Origin: an uncultured Pirellulaceae bacterium
GTDB taxonomy: Bacteria; Planctomycetota; Planctomycetia; Pirellulales; Pirellulaceae
Direction: 5' to 3'
DNA: 23,711 bases
NCBI GenBank assembly: GCA_964462125.1
Contig: CAYWXT010000065.1
Coordinates: forward strand, 1-23,711
Positions 1-7,594 of this stretch are shown here, in pieces. Under the pieces are notes generated by a model. The model did no database searches. It was given only the letters and a program-made list of their open reading frames with translations, and was not told the DNA's origin. Made by a program: the position numbers and the translations under genes. Each line of letters starts with the position of its first letter. Within the stretch, counting starts at the first letter, position 1.

Positions 1-32
1 TTCGTCGCCGATCCCGATCGGGTAACGCCGCC

Positions 33-518
33 ATGAATCAACCTTCCCCACGACATCAAGGTCCCAACCAAGCCGTTCACGAGCTGTACCGACGCTGGCG
101 CGCCGAGGATCGCGAGTTGGAAATTTACCTCGACCGGCTGCGCGACTGGATTCAAACCCACGGATCCCCCGCGAACCGGCAGCCTCAGGAATGGATGCGA
201 CGCCTGAACGAGTTTCGCCAACGACTGGAGACCCACTTTCGACGCGAGGATCAAATCACCGTCGAGCTGACGCGGACGTTCAAAAACCCCCCCGTCGAAC
301 TCGATGCCGCGTACCGGCAGGCCAGTCACGACCATCGCCAACTGCTCGGCCGACTCGATCGGTTCATTGAACGGATCGGCTCCGGGCCGCGCGACAGCGA
401 GCAGTGGCGGCGGGCGGTCGAAGAATTGGAGCTGTTTGTCGATGTGCTGGAACAACACGAGGACCAGGAGGGTGAGAGCATCGAATTGTTGATGCCTTAC
501 GAACCGCCTCGCCACTGA
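33..518 (+). CDS. hypothetical protein, possibly hemerythrin-like (HHE-type) cation-binding domain
   Basis: ORF with a true ATG at 33. Spaced His/Glu residues (HELYRRW, ETHFRRED, HDHRQLL, LEQHEDQE) are reminiscent of hemerythrin HHE motifs. The protein is helical and charged. Its 3' end overlaps the convergent downstream gene by 22 nt. Confidence 0.55.
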   Translation: MNQPSPRHQGPNQAVHELYRRWRAEDRELEIYLDRLRDWIQTHGSPANRQPQEWMRRLNEFRQRLETHFRREDQITVELTRTFKNPPVELDAAYRQASHDHRQLLGRLDRFIERIGSGPRDSEQWRRAVEELELFVDVLEQHEDQEGESIELLMPYEPPRH

Positions 519-2137
519 GTTCTGTCTGAAATTCCTGAGCTGTCGGCCGACTCACGATATCCACGGTTCAATTGCCGCACGGTCCGCCAGAGGTGATAGC
601 CCATCCGTCTCAGCCCCCGTGCCGCGTCGGTGCGGGTGATCGCGGTTGCCGCATCGTGGCGTCCCCCGGCTGCCCACGCGATGTTCTCACTGCGAAACGA
701 CTTCGTGTCGGACTTCAGTTTCTGGTAGTCCGCGTGAACCGATTCGTAGGTCGCCTCATCGACCTGATCGGGGGCCTCGGCAATCTCCGCCGCGGTCGCC
801 GCCAACTGTTCCCGCCCCTCCCGCAGTTCATCGACCTCGCGGATCGATCCGATCCGATCGGCATCCCGCAGCCGGACCTGCAGGCGTCTCAGGTGGTCAA
901 GGATGTGCAGGGAGGCTTGCTCCCGCCGGAATAGCGATTCGTCATCGGGGTCCACGTGGATCCGGCTGAGATATTGCTCGGTCGCCTGGATCGCATCGGC
1001 GAGTTCCTGATCGCGATCGGTCAAATCATCCCCCGAGCCGCCAAGTTCCTTGGCAAGCCAGCGAAACGTGACGGTAACCAAATCACAAACGGTCGCCTGG
1101 ACCGCGGTCACGGCGAGCTCGGGCGTCTCGGTCAATTGCCCCTCCAGCCGCCGCGTTAAGGGATTTCCCCGCTCGGGGACGAGCCGATTAATCAACCCCG
1201 CAAATTGCTCGGTCAGCGGCAACACCGCGATCACGCCCAACAGCTTGCACAAGGAATAAAACGCCACCAGCGCAATCTCCGGCTGCGACGAACGAAGCTC
1301 GGGGCCGAGCAGATCCAACAGCAACAAATAGGGGGTCAGAATCAGAAACGAACCGGCGCCAATGAAGAGGTTGTAAACGAGGTGTGCCAACCCAGTACGG
1401 CGAGCTTGCACCGTTGCTCCGATCGTCGCCACCACCGCCGTGACCGTGGTCCCGACATTCATCCCAATGGCCATCGCTGCCGCTTGGGCCAGCGACAGGT
1501 TCCCCAGGCTGACCGCCGTCAAGGCCATCACCAACGCTGCGCTGGACGACTGGGTAACCACGGTCAGCGCAAAGCCGATCAACACCAATGCCACCCGGCC
1601 GGGCAGCGTGTCGGGAGGGAACGAGTCGGGGGTCAACACGTCGGAAAACGCCCCCATCCCCACCTGCATGTTGCCGATCCCGACGAAGAGCAAGCCAAAA
1701 CCGGCGATCGCACTCCCCAGAGCCGCTCGCCGGTTGTGGCCAAAAAGCCGCAACAGTACCCCCAACAACACCAGCGGCAGCGCCAATTGGCCAAGCTGCA
1801 GTTTGAACCCCACGAACACCACCAACCAACCGGTGATGCTGGTGCCAACGTTCGCCCCAAAGACAATACCGAGGGCCTGGGGAAAGGTCAGCAGGCCGGC
1901 CCCGACGAAGCCGATTGCCGCCACCGTCGTGGCGCTGGAGGATTGCAGCGTCGCCGTTGAAATCGCGCCGGTGATCACGCCGCTGAGAGGACTTCGCGTC
2001 GATCTTGCCAACAGATCCCGCAGCCGGTCGTTGGCCAGCGCCGTCAGCCCTTCGGTCATCAGGGTCATGCCCAGCAGGAACAGCCCGAGGCCCCCAAGTC
2101 CCAGCGTCGCTCCTTCAAGAAGGCTCCCCTCGCCCAT
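497..2137 (-). CDS. Na+/phosphate cotransporter (NptA family) with C-terminal PhoU-like domain
   Basis: Many glycine/alanine-rich TM segments, with a duplicated QSSSATT/TQSSSAAL motif typical of Na/Pi-cotransporter II repeats. The C-terminal half is charged and helical, consistent with a PhoU-like tail. The ORF track starts at a TTG at 2206, but that codon lies inside the A-tract of an upstream terminator. The internal ATG at 2137 (MGEGSLLEG...) is therefore the more plausible start. Confidence 0.8.
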   Translation of the reverse strand: MGEGSLLEGATLGLGGLGLFLLGMTLMTEGLTALANDRLRDLLARSTRSPLSGVITGAISTATLQSSSATTVAAIGFVGAGLLTFPQALGIVFGANVGTSITGWLVVFVGFKLQLGQLALPLVLLGVLLRLFGHNRRAALGSAIAGFGLLFVGIGNMQVGMGAFSDVLTPDSFPPDTLPGRVALVLIGFALTVVTQSSSAALVMALTAVSLGNLSLAQAAAMAIGMNVGTTVTAVVATIGATVQARRTGLAHLVYNLFIGAGSFLILTPYLLLLDLLGPELRSSQPEIALVAFYSLCKLLGVIAVLPLTEQFAGLINRLVPERGNPLTRRLEGQLTETPELAVTAVQATVCDLVTVTFRWLAKELGGSGDDLTDRDQELADAIQATEQYLSRIHVDPDDESLFRREQASLHILDHLRRLQVRLRDADRIGSIREVDELREGREQLAATAAEIAEAPDQVDEATYESVHADYQKLKSDTKSFRSENIAWAAGGRHDAATAITRTDAARGLRRMGYHLWRTVRQLNRGYRESADSSGISDRTQWRGGS

Positions 2138-2204
2138 TCGCAAACGCCTTTCCCGCGGTGGTGGTGAAATGCCATGCGTCGCGATGGCGAGAAGCTGCAG
2201 GCGC

Positions 2205-2238
2205 AAAAAAAAGCCGAGGCGTGAATCACGGCCTCGGC
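2205..2238 (-). terminator. rho-independent terminator for the upstream DUF1559 gene
   Basis: Read on the minus strand, the sequence GCCGAGGC CGTGATTCAC GCCTCGGC is followed by TTTTTTTT (plus-strand A8 at 2205..2212). This is an 8-bp GC stem followed by a U-tract, 70 nt downstream of the stop codon at 2309. Confidence 0.7.
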
Positions 2239-2308
2239 TTCCTTCAAGCGACAGCCGACAATGGCCATCGTACGTGTCTTGGCAGCGCCTGCCTACAAAG
2301 ACGCTCGC

Positions 2309-3418
2309 CTACAACGCCTCGCCGTCCAGAACGAACTCGGGGAACGGCACATCGCTGCTCTTGCCACGAGGGGTCAGCAACGCCTGGTATTCCCGATAAT
2401 CGAGGCTGTCGCTGATGAACCGCACGGTCCCGTCGGCAAAGGCCATGTTCACCCCGCCGGTATGCGCCGAGGAGGGGCGGGCCAGATCTGCAGGACTTGG
2501 TGCTGTCGACGACGGATCCATTTGCAAACTGTACAGATCCCGGTCGGCGACCGTTCCATTGATCTTATGCACCGGCGCGACCGCCGAACCATCTTCCTGA
2601 TGCCACACCATTCCATGCACGTATCGCGATGAAATCGGGTAGGTCACCGGTGGTCCCGACGTCAGGGCAGGAAGGCTGATGAAACCAGCCCGGTGCCAAG
2701 GCATCGCCCCCAGGTTTTCACTGAACAAGGCCGTGTACCCCTGACCGTCCTTGATGTCGTCGATGCTGATTTTTTCTCCGACACTCACCTGGCTGCCACC
2801 CCTCACGGCGCCAATTAGCCGATTGACAAAGACTCCGTTTGCCTTCTGCATCGATCGGGGAAAGCTCAAGCTGTCGTTGGGCTCCGCTCCATTGTTCGTG
2901 ATGTAACTGTTCCGACCGCTGTTGCCGCGAATCGTCGGGCTGCTCGGGCACTGCATGATCTCCAAGTTCGGGGCTGCCGGTGTGGCGTATCCATCCCCTG
3001 CGGCCCCCGAGGTAATCTCGATCAGCTCACTTTCGGTCTCCGCAATGATTGGATAGCGATCCTCCGACCACCGCTCGAAGATCGGTTGGGCGTCCAGGTA
3101 AGGGAGCAGGGCGACGGCCCAGGTCCCAACCTTCTCATGCCCCGAGACGGAGTTCCCGTCGGGATCGGCTGGATCCGAGGCGCCATCAGCAAACCTCCCG
3201 AAACTCTGAATCCAACCGGGAAACTCCCCCTTCAGGTTCTCGTGTTGAATCGCTGCGAGCGACAGGTTTCGCAAATTGTTGCTGCACTGAGCCCGCCGTG
3301 CCGCTTCTCGAGCGGCGTTGACCGCGGGAAGGAGCAGTCCAGCGAGGATGCCGATGATCGTAATCACGACCAGCAGCTCGACGAGGGTGAACGCAGATGG
3401 TTTTCGTTTCCGTAGCAT
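2309..3418 (-). CDS. DUF1559 protein with prepilin-type N-terminal cleavage/methylation domain (planctomycete H-X9-DG family)
   Basis: N-terminus MLRKRKPSAFTLVELLVVITIIGILAGLLLPAV is a classic type IV pilin/pseudopilin-like leader. The C-terminus HTGGVNMAFADGTVRFIS is an exact H-X9-DG motif. An AAGGAG Shine-Dalgarno sits 5 nt upstream of the ATG at 3418 (plus-strand CTCCTT at 3425..3430). The ORF track extends six codons further upstream to an ATG at 3436. Confidence 0.9.
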   Translation of the reverse strand: MLRKRKPSAFTLVELLVVITIIGILAGLLLPAVNAAREAARRAQCSNNLRNLSLAAIQHENLKGEFPGWIQSFGRFADGASDPADPDGNSVSGHEKVGTWAVALLPYLDAQPIFERWSEDRYPIIAETESELIEITSGAAGDGYATPAAPNLEIMQCPSSPTIRGNSGRNSYITNNGAEPNDSLSFPRSMQKANGVFVNRLIGAVRGGSQVSVGEKISIDDIKDGQGYTALFSENLGAMPWHRAGFISLPALTSGPPVTYPISSRYVHGMVWHQEDGSAVAPVHKINGTVADRDLYSLQMDPSSTAPSPADLARPSSAHTGGVNMAFADGTVRFISDSLDYREYQALLTPRGKSSDVPFPEFVLDGEAL

Positions 3419-3424
3419 GGAACG

Positions 3425-3430
3425 CTCCTT
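3425..3430 (-). promoter_or_regulatory. Shine-Dalgarno AAGGAG for the DUF1559 gene
   Basis: A perfect AAGGAG lies 5 nt upstream of the ATG at 3418 on the minus strand. Confidence 0.55.
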
Positions 3431-3650
3431 GAGCATAGATGAGTCACGTGAGCGCTTCAGCGGGTGAACGGCGCTCGATCGCAGGCATGGGCAGTTTGGG
3501 CTCTTATTATCGCAAGTTGGCGGCCAGGTTGCAAATCACCCCCAAGGCGAAAATCGCTGGAATGCCGCCGCGAGCCGACTAGGCTTGGTCGGACACGATC
3601 CCCCGGGTCTGTCCGTTCCACTGGCGGCGGCCGAGCGGGACCGCTAGGCT

Positions 3651-4856
3651 TTGACCGGCGCCAGCGAGGACGAAAAAAACTCCGAAAAAAGTTGCCCCTG
3701 TACGGTCACTTCCACACCCTTGATCTATCTCGACTTCAACCGGACCACCCCGCTCGCCCCCTCGACCCGGGAGGCAATGGATCCGTTCTGGTCGATGCAC
3801 TTCATGCTGCCGTGCCAAGAGCACCCCCACGCGAGGGCGGTCAGCGAGGCGATCGAACGGGCTCGCGAAGGGGTCGCGGCGATGGCGGGGTGCGAACCGT
3901 TCGAGCTGGTCTTCACCGGTGGCGGGACCGAAGCGAACAACCTGGCAATCCTCGGGACTGCCGCCGAATCGGCCGAGCGGGGCGCCGACCGGAACGGGCA
4001 CCTGCTCGTCTCGGCACTCGAACATGAGTCGGTCCTCAGCGCCGCCCAGAGCCTCACCCGCCGCGGCTGGGACGTGGAAACGGTGCCCCCGGGCGACGAC
4101 GGAATCGTCGACCCGGAGCAGCTGGCCGATCGCATTCACGCCGAGACCCGGCTGGTCTGCCTGCAACTGGCCAACCCCGTGCTGGGAACCCTGCAACCGG
4201 TCCGCGAGGTCGCCGACCGCTGCCACGCCGCCGGAGTACGACTCCACTGCGACGCAACCCAAGCCTTCGGCAAGATCCCGGTCGATCTGACGCAACTCCA
4301 GGTCGACACCGCGGCGATCAGCGGGCACAAGATTTATGGTCCGAAGGGGAGCGGCGCGATGTACGTCCGCCGTGGCCTGCCGCTGGAACCGATCGGTTTC
4401 GGGGAGTCGCGCGAGATGGGCTTGCGCCCCGGCTCCGAAAACGTACCGGCCTGGATCGGTATCGGCGCCGCCTCGGCAATGGTGGGCCGCTGCGCCGAGG
4501 ACGCCGCCGCGAGACTGGCGGCACTCCGCGATCGCTTCGTCGACCAACTGCGCGCCGCCCTCTCGCCAGGGCCAACGGTGTTGTGTGAGGAGAGCCTCAA
4601 GCTGCCCAACACCGTCGCCCTGGAGATGCCGATCGAGTCGAGTCGCATCCGGCGGGCGGCACGCCAACTCGTCTTCGCCACCGCCCAGTCGGCCGCCCCG
4701 CCCGACGAGGTCACCCGCGCCCTGCGGGCGGTCCGCCGAAGCGACGCGCAAATCGGCCGGACCCTCTGCGTCTCGTTGGGTTGGACAACCAGCCAGGAGG
4801 AGATCGACCGGGCCGCCGATCGGCTGGCCGAAGCGGTCGATACCGCCGGTCAGTGA
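3651..4856 (+). CDS. class V aminotransferase, cysteine desulfurase-like (IscS/NifS family), apparently lacking the catalytic cysteine loop
   Basis: Strong IscS-like blocks are present: LIYLDFNRTTP, TGGGTEANN, HCDATQAFGKIPVDL, SGHKIYGPKGSGAMYVRR (the PLP lysine motif) and GFGESREMGLRPGSENV. The region that should carry the SSGSAC active-site loop instead reads VFATAQSAAPPDEV, with no cysteine. The start is uncertain, with TTG candidates at 3651 and 3720. Confidence 0.8.
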   Translation: MTGASEDEKNSEKSCPCTVTSTPLIYLDFNRTTPLAPSTREAMDPFWSMHFMLPCQEHPHARAVSEAIERAREGVAAMAGCEPFELVFTGGGTEANNLAILGTAAESAERGADRNGHLLVSALEHESVLSAAQSLTRRGWDVETVPPGDDGIVDPEQLADRIHAETRLVCLQLANPVLGTLQPVREVADRCHAAGVRLHCDATQAFGKIPVDLTQLQVDTAAISGHKIYGPKGSGAMYVRRGLPLEPIGFGESREMGLRPGSENVPAWIGIGAASAMVGRCAEDAAARLAALRDRFVDQLRAALSPGPTVLCEESLKLPNTVALEMPIESSRIRRAARQLVFATAQSAAPPDEVTRALRAVRRSDAQIGRTLCVSLGWTTSQEEIDRAADRLAEAVDTAGQ

Positions 4857-5362
4857 ACACCGCCAGCCGTAGCTGAAGTCGCAACGACTTCGGGTCTCCC
4901 CAGGCGGGCGGGTTGTCTTCTCAGGCTCGACCCGGGCGATTTCTTTACAACCAACTGCACCCCTCCGGTGGTAAGCCGGCCCGGCAGCAACCCGCTGCAT
5001 CTCCTCCCAACCCTTCGCTGGCCTGCCGACCAGCCCCGAGTGCGATCGGCCCTCCAAACGACCGTCGGGTCTCCCTGCCCCGAAAACCGCCGGATTCGAG
5101 CCCCAGACGACCGATTTTCAAAAAAAAATGCCGCGACCCAAGGTGGACACTTGGGATTTCGCCAATAACCGGCTGCCTAAAAAGTGGGCATCTCGCCGGC
5201 GACTCGGCGGCAGGCAGCCCTGCGCAGAAACCATGCACGTCAGTTCGTTTTCCCTAAGTTGTTTTGCTAGCACGGCTTGGTGAGATCGGTTTGACGGGGT
5301 CCGAGGATGGCGGCACAGCTCGGACGCCCCCGTCACCACGCGAAGGAAAGGCTATCTGGACC

Positions 5363-5983
5363 ATGCCGCAACCAGGATCGCTCCATTCGTCCCGTCATTT
5401 GAATTCAAGTCAAACCGGGGCGGGATCGGACAGAATCAACTCCCCGCTGCCGCAACGGCCGACGCTCCGATTGAAACTGCCCTCGGTTGATCCAGACTTA
5501 CCGTTGGAGGAGCGGGTGGCGGCGGCACGGGATTTGGCGATGGAGGTGTTCGCCCAGACGGGCAGCTGGGTCGTCTTCTTTCGTGAGATGCTCGGGGCCA
5601 CCGGCGTCTGCACCAAACTGTTTCCAACCCCGGAGGAGCGCCGGTACTTCGAATCGACTGAGGTGTACGCGGAGCTGCAGGAGATCATTGCGGTCCTGCG
5701 GGGCCAGGACCCCGACAAGGCGGATGCGGCGGAGCCGGAGAAGGTGGTCACGATTCGCCTCCCGATCAGCCTTCACCAAACGCTCGCCTCAGAGGCGGAA
5801 ACACTCAACCTAAGCGTCAACAAGCTCTGCATCAGCAAGTTGCTGCAAAGGATCGACCGGCGATTCATCCCCGACCAGCGGGGCAAGGTTCCAGGGCGGA
5901 AGCCGGGCCCCCAATTGTCTTGGCTGAACGACGAGACGGACGTGGAGCCGGATATGGAGTCAGACATGGAGGCCGGCGGCTAA
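5363..5983 (+). CDS. hypothetical protein with C-terminal ribbon-helix-helix-like segment
   Basis: The ORF track starts at 5264, but the ATG at 5363 is preceded by GGAAAGG about 12 nt upstream. VVTIRLPISLHQTLASEAETLNLSVNKLCISKLLQ has the beta-strand plus two-helix pattern of Arc/CopG-type RHH motifs. The C-terminus is acidic. Confidence 0.5.
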   Translation: MPQPGSLHSSRHLNSSQTGAGSDRINSPLPQRPTLRLKLPSVDPDLPLEERVAAARDLAMEVFAQTGSWVVFFREMLGATGVCTKLFPTPEERRYFESTEVYAELQEIIAVLRGQDPDKADAAEPEKVVTIRLPISLHQTLASEAETLNLSVNKLCISKLLQRIDRRFIPDQRGKVPGRKPGPQLSWLNDETDVEPDMESDMEAGG

Positions 5984-6060
5984 GGATCGTGCGGGAAAAA
6001 AGTGTCCGGTATCTTTTAGGGACTCGCACTCCGGGTGCTTTGCACAAAAGGTATCGAGAC
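5984..6060. repeat. intergenic palindromic repeat element, copy A (partly degenerate)
   Basis: Begins immediately after the TAA of the upstream gene. GGATCGTGCGGGAAAAAAGTGTCCGGTA...GGGACTCGC...GGGTGCTTTGCACAAAAGGTA is shared with the copy at 10943..11030. The right arm of the inverted repeat is degraded here. Confidence 0.8.
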
Positions 6061-6188
6061 CGAGCCTAGCTCAACTCGACCGTTCCCCGCTAAGCTGAGG
6101 TGGCGGTCGCCAATCCGCCGTGGCCCGTCGCCCACCTCGCGACCCCCATTCTCCGTTTCTCGACGATCCCCCGCCTCTCCGGTCCCGC

Positions 6189-7460
6189 ATGCTCACTGCC
6201 CCCTCCTTTCCGAGCTCCCGTTCCGCGATCGCAGGCTTCGGTGTCACGGAGCTGGCCGCACAATTCGGTACGCCGCTGTACGTTTACGACGCCGCGGTGA
6301 TCGACCGCCGCATTGCGGATCTGGCCGCCTTCGACACGATCCGGTACGCGCAGAAGGCCTGCAGCAATCTGGCGATCCTCGATCGGATGCGTCGACAGGG
6401 GGTGGCGGTCGATGCGGTCAGCGCCGGGGAGATTCGTCGCGCGATCGCCGCCGGTTATGCCCCCGAAGTTCCCAAGGACGAGCTCATCTACACGGCGGAC
6501 CTGTTCGATCGCGAGTCCTTGGATTTGATCCTCGAGCATGACATCGCCGTGAATTGCGGTTCGCCGGACATGATCAGCCAGCTCGGGGAGCGTCGCCCCG
6601 GTACGGACGTCACCCTGCGGATCAACCCTGGCTTCGGGCATGGGCACAGCCAAAAGACGAACACGGGGGGGGAACAGAGCAAGCATGGGATCTGGCACAC
6701 CCAGATCGAGGAGTGTCTGCGCCGCGCCGACCAGTATGGTGTCACCGTCACTGGGCTTCACATGCACATCGGCTCGGGGACCGACTTGCAACATCTCCGC
6801 CAGGTCTGCGAGGCGATGCGGCGGTCGGCGTTGGAGGTGGGGCGAACCGTGCGGACGATCAGTGCCGGCGGCGGACTGCCGGTGCCCTATAGTAGCGATG
6901 AATCGTACGTTGACCTTGAGGAATACTTCCGGCTCTGGGACACCACCCGCAACGAACTGAGCGAACATTTCGGCCATCGGGTTTCACTGGAGATTGAGCC
7001 GGGACGCTTCTTGACCGCCGAGTGCGGTTACTTGATCGCGGAGGTTCGGAGCGTCAAGACGATGGGGGAGAACCTGTTTTATCTGGTCGACGCCGGTTTC
7101 AATGATCTGGCCCGCCCCGTCATGTATGGCGCCCATCACCCGATCTCGATCTGTGGGCGCTGTGGCGAGGCCGCGGACCGCGACCTGGAACAGGCGATCG
7201 TCGGCGGGCCGCTGTGCGAATCCGGCGATATCTTCACCCAGCGTGAAGGGGGCTTCGTCGACTCGCGGTTGCTGCCGACAGCGAGCGTTGGTGATTTCGT
7301 CATCATGGAAAACGCCGGAGCCTACGGCTTTGTGATGGCGAGCAACTACAACAGCAAGACCCGAGCCGCTGAAGTGCTTCTCGAAGGGGGCGCGGCCAAA
7401 CTCATCCGCCGCCGCGAAACCTTCGAAGACCTGGTACGCGGCGAAATCATCCCCGACTGA
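6189..7460 (+). CDS. lysA: diaminopimelate decarboxylase (Orn/DAP/Arg decarboxylase fold-III PLP family)
   Basis: FGTPLYVYD, the PLP-lysine region YAQKACSN, HMHIGSG, EPGRFLTAE and GGPLCESGDIF are canonical LysA-type motifs. The likely start is the ATG at 6189 (MLTAPSFP...). The ORF track begins at 6120. Confidence 0.85.
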   Translation: MLTAPSFPSSRSAIAGFGVTELAAQFGTPLYVYDAAVIDRRIADLAAFDTIRYAQKACSNLAILDRMRRQGVAVDAVSAGEIRRAIAAGYAPEVPKDELIYTADLFDRESLDLILEHDIAVNCGSPDMISQLGERRPGTDVTLRINPGFGHGHSQKTNTGGEQSKHGIWHTQIEECLRRADQYGVTVTGLHMHIGSGTDLQHLRQVCEAMRRSALEVGRTVRTISAGGGLPVPYSSDESYVDLEEYFRLWDTTRNELSEHFGHRVSLEIEPGRFLTAECGYLIAEVRSVKTMGENLFYLVDAGFNDLARPVMYGAHHPISICGRCGEAADRDLEQAIVGGPLCESGDIFTQREGGFVDSRLLPTASVGDFVIMENAGAYGFVMASNYNSKTRAAEVLLEGGAAKLIRRRETFEDLVRGEIIPD

Positions 7461-7594
7461 ACGCCTCTTCGGAAATCCCCTCGGCTCTGTCCGAAAACCC
7501 TGGATCACGCCATCTAGCCCGAGCTGTAGGCGCTATCCCCTCGGGCCCTGGACTGGGTGGCCAAGGGTGCGCCGAGCCCGCCGGGGTCGGTTTG

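Noticed and set aside
3579-5057. 492-aa minus-strand ORF antisense to the IscS-like gene
   Set aside because: It lies entirely opposite a gene with unmistakable IscS motifs. Its composition is Gly/Arg/Ala/Pro-rich low complexity, typical of spurious antisense frames in 65% GC DNA.
6090-6977. 295-aa minus-strand ORF opposite lysA, and the 319-aa ORF at 1440..2399 opposite the Na/Pi transporter
   Set aside because: Both are antisense to genes with strong family motifs and have high-GC spurious-frame composition.
7476-7551. Short direct repeat ATCCCCTCGG occurring twice, about 58 nt apart, in the lysA/lepB convergent gap
   Set aside because: It is only 10 nt, with no accompanying stem-loop or U-tract, and is likely a chance repeat in GC-rich DNA.
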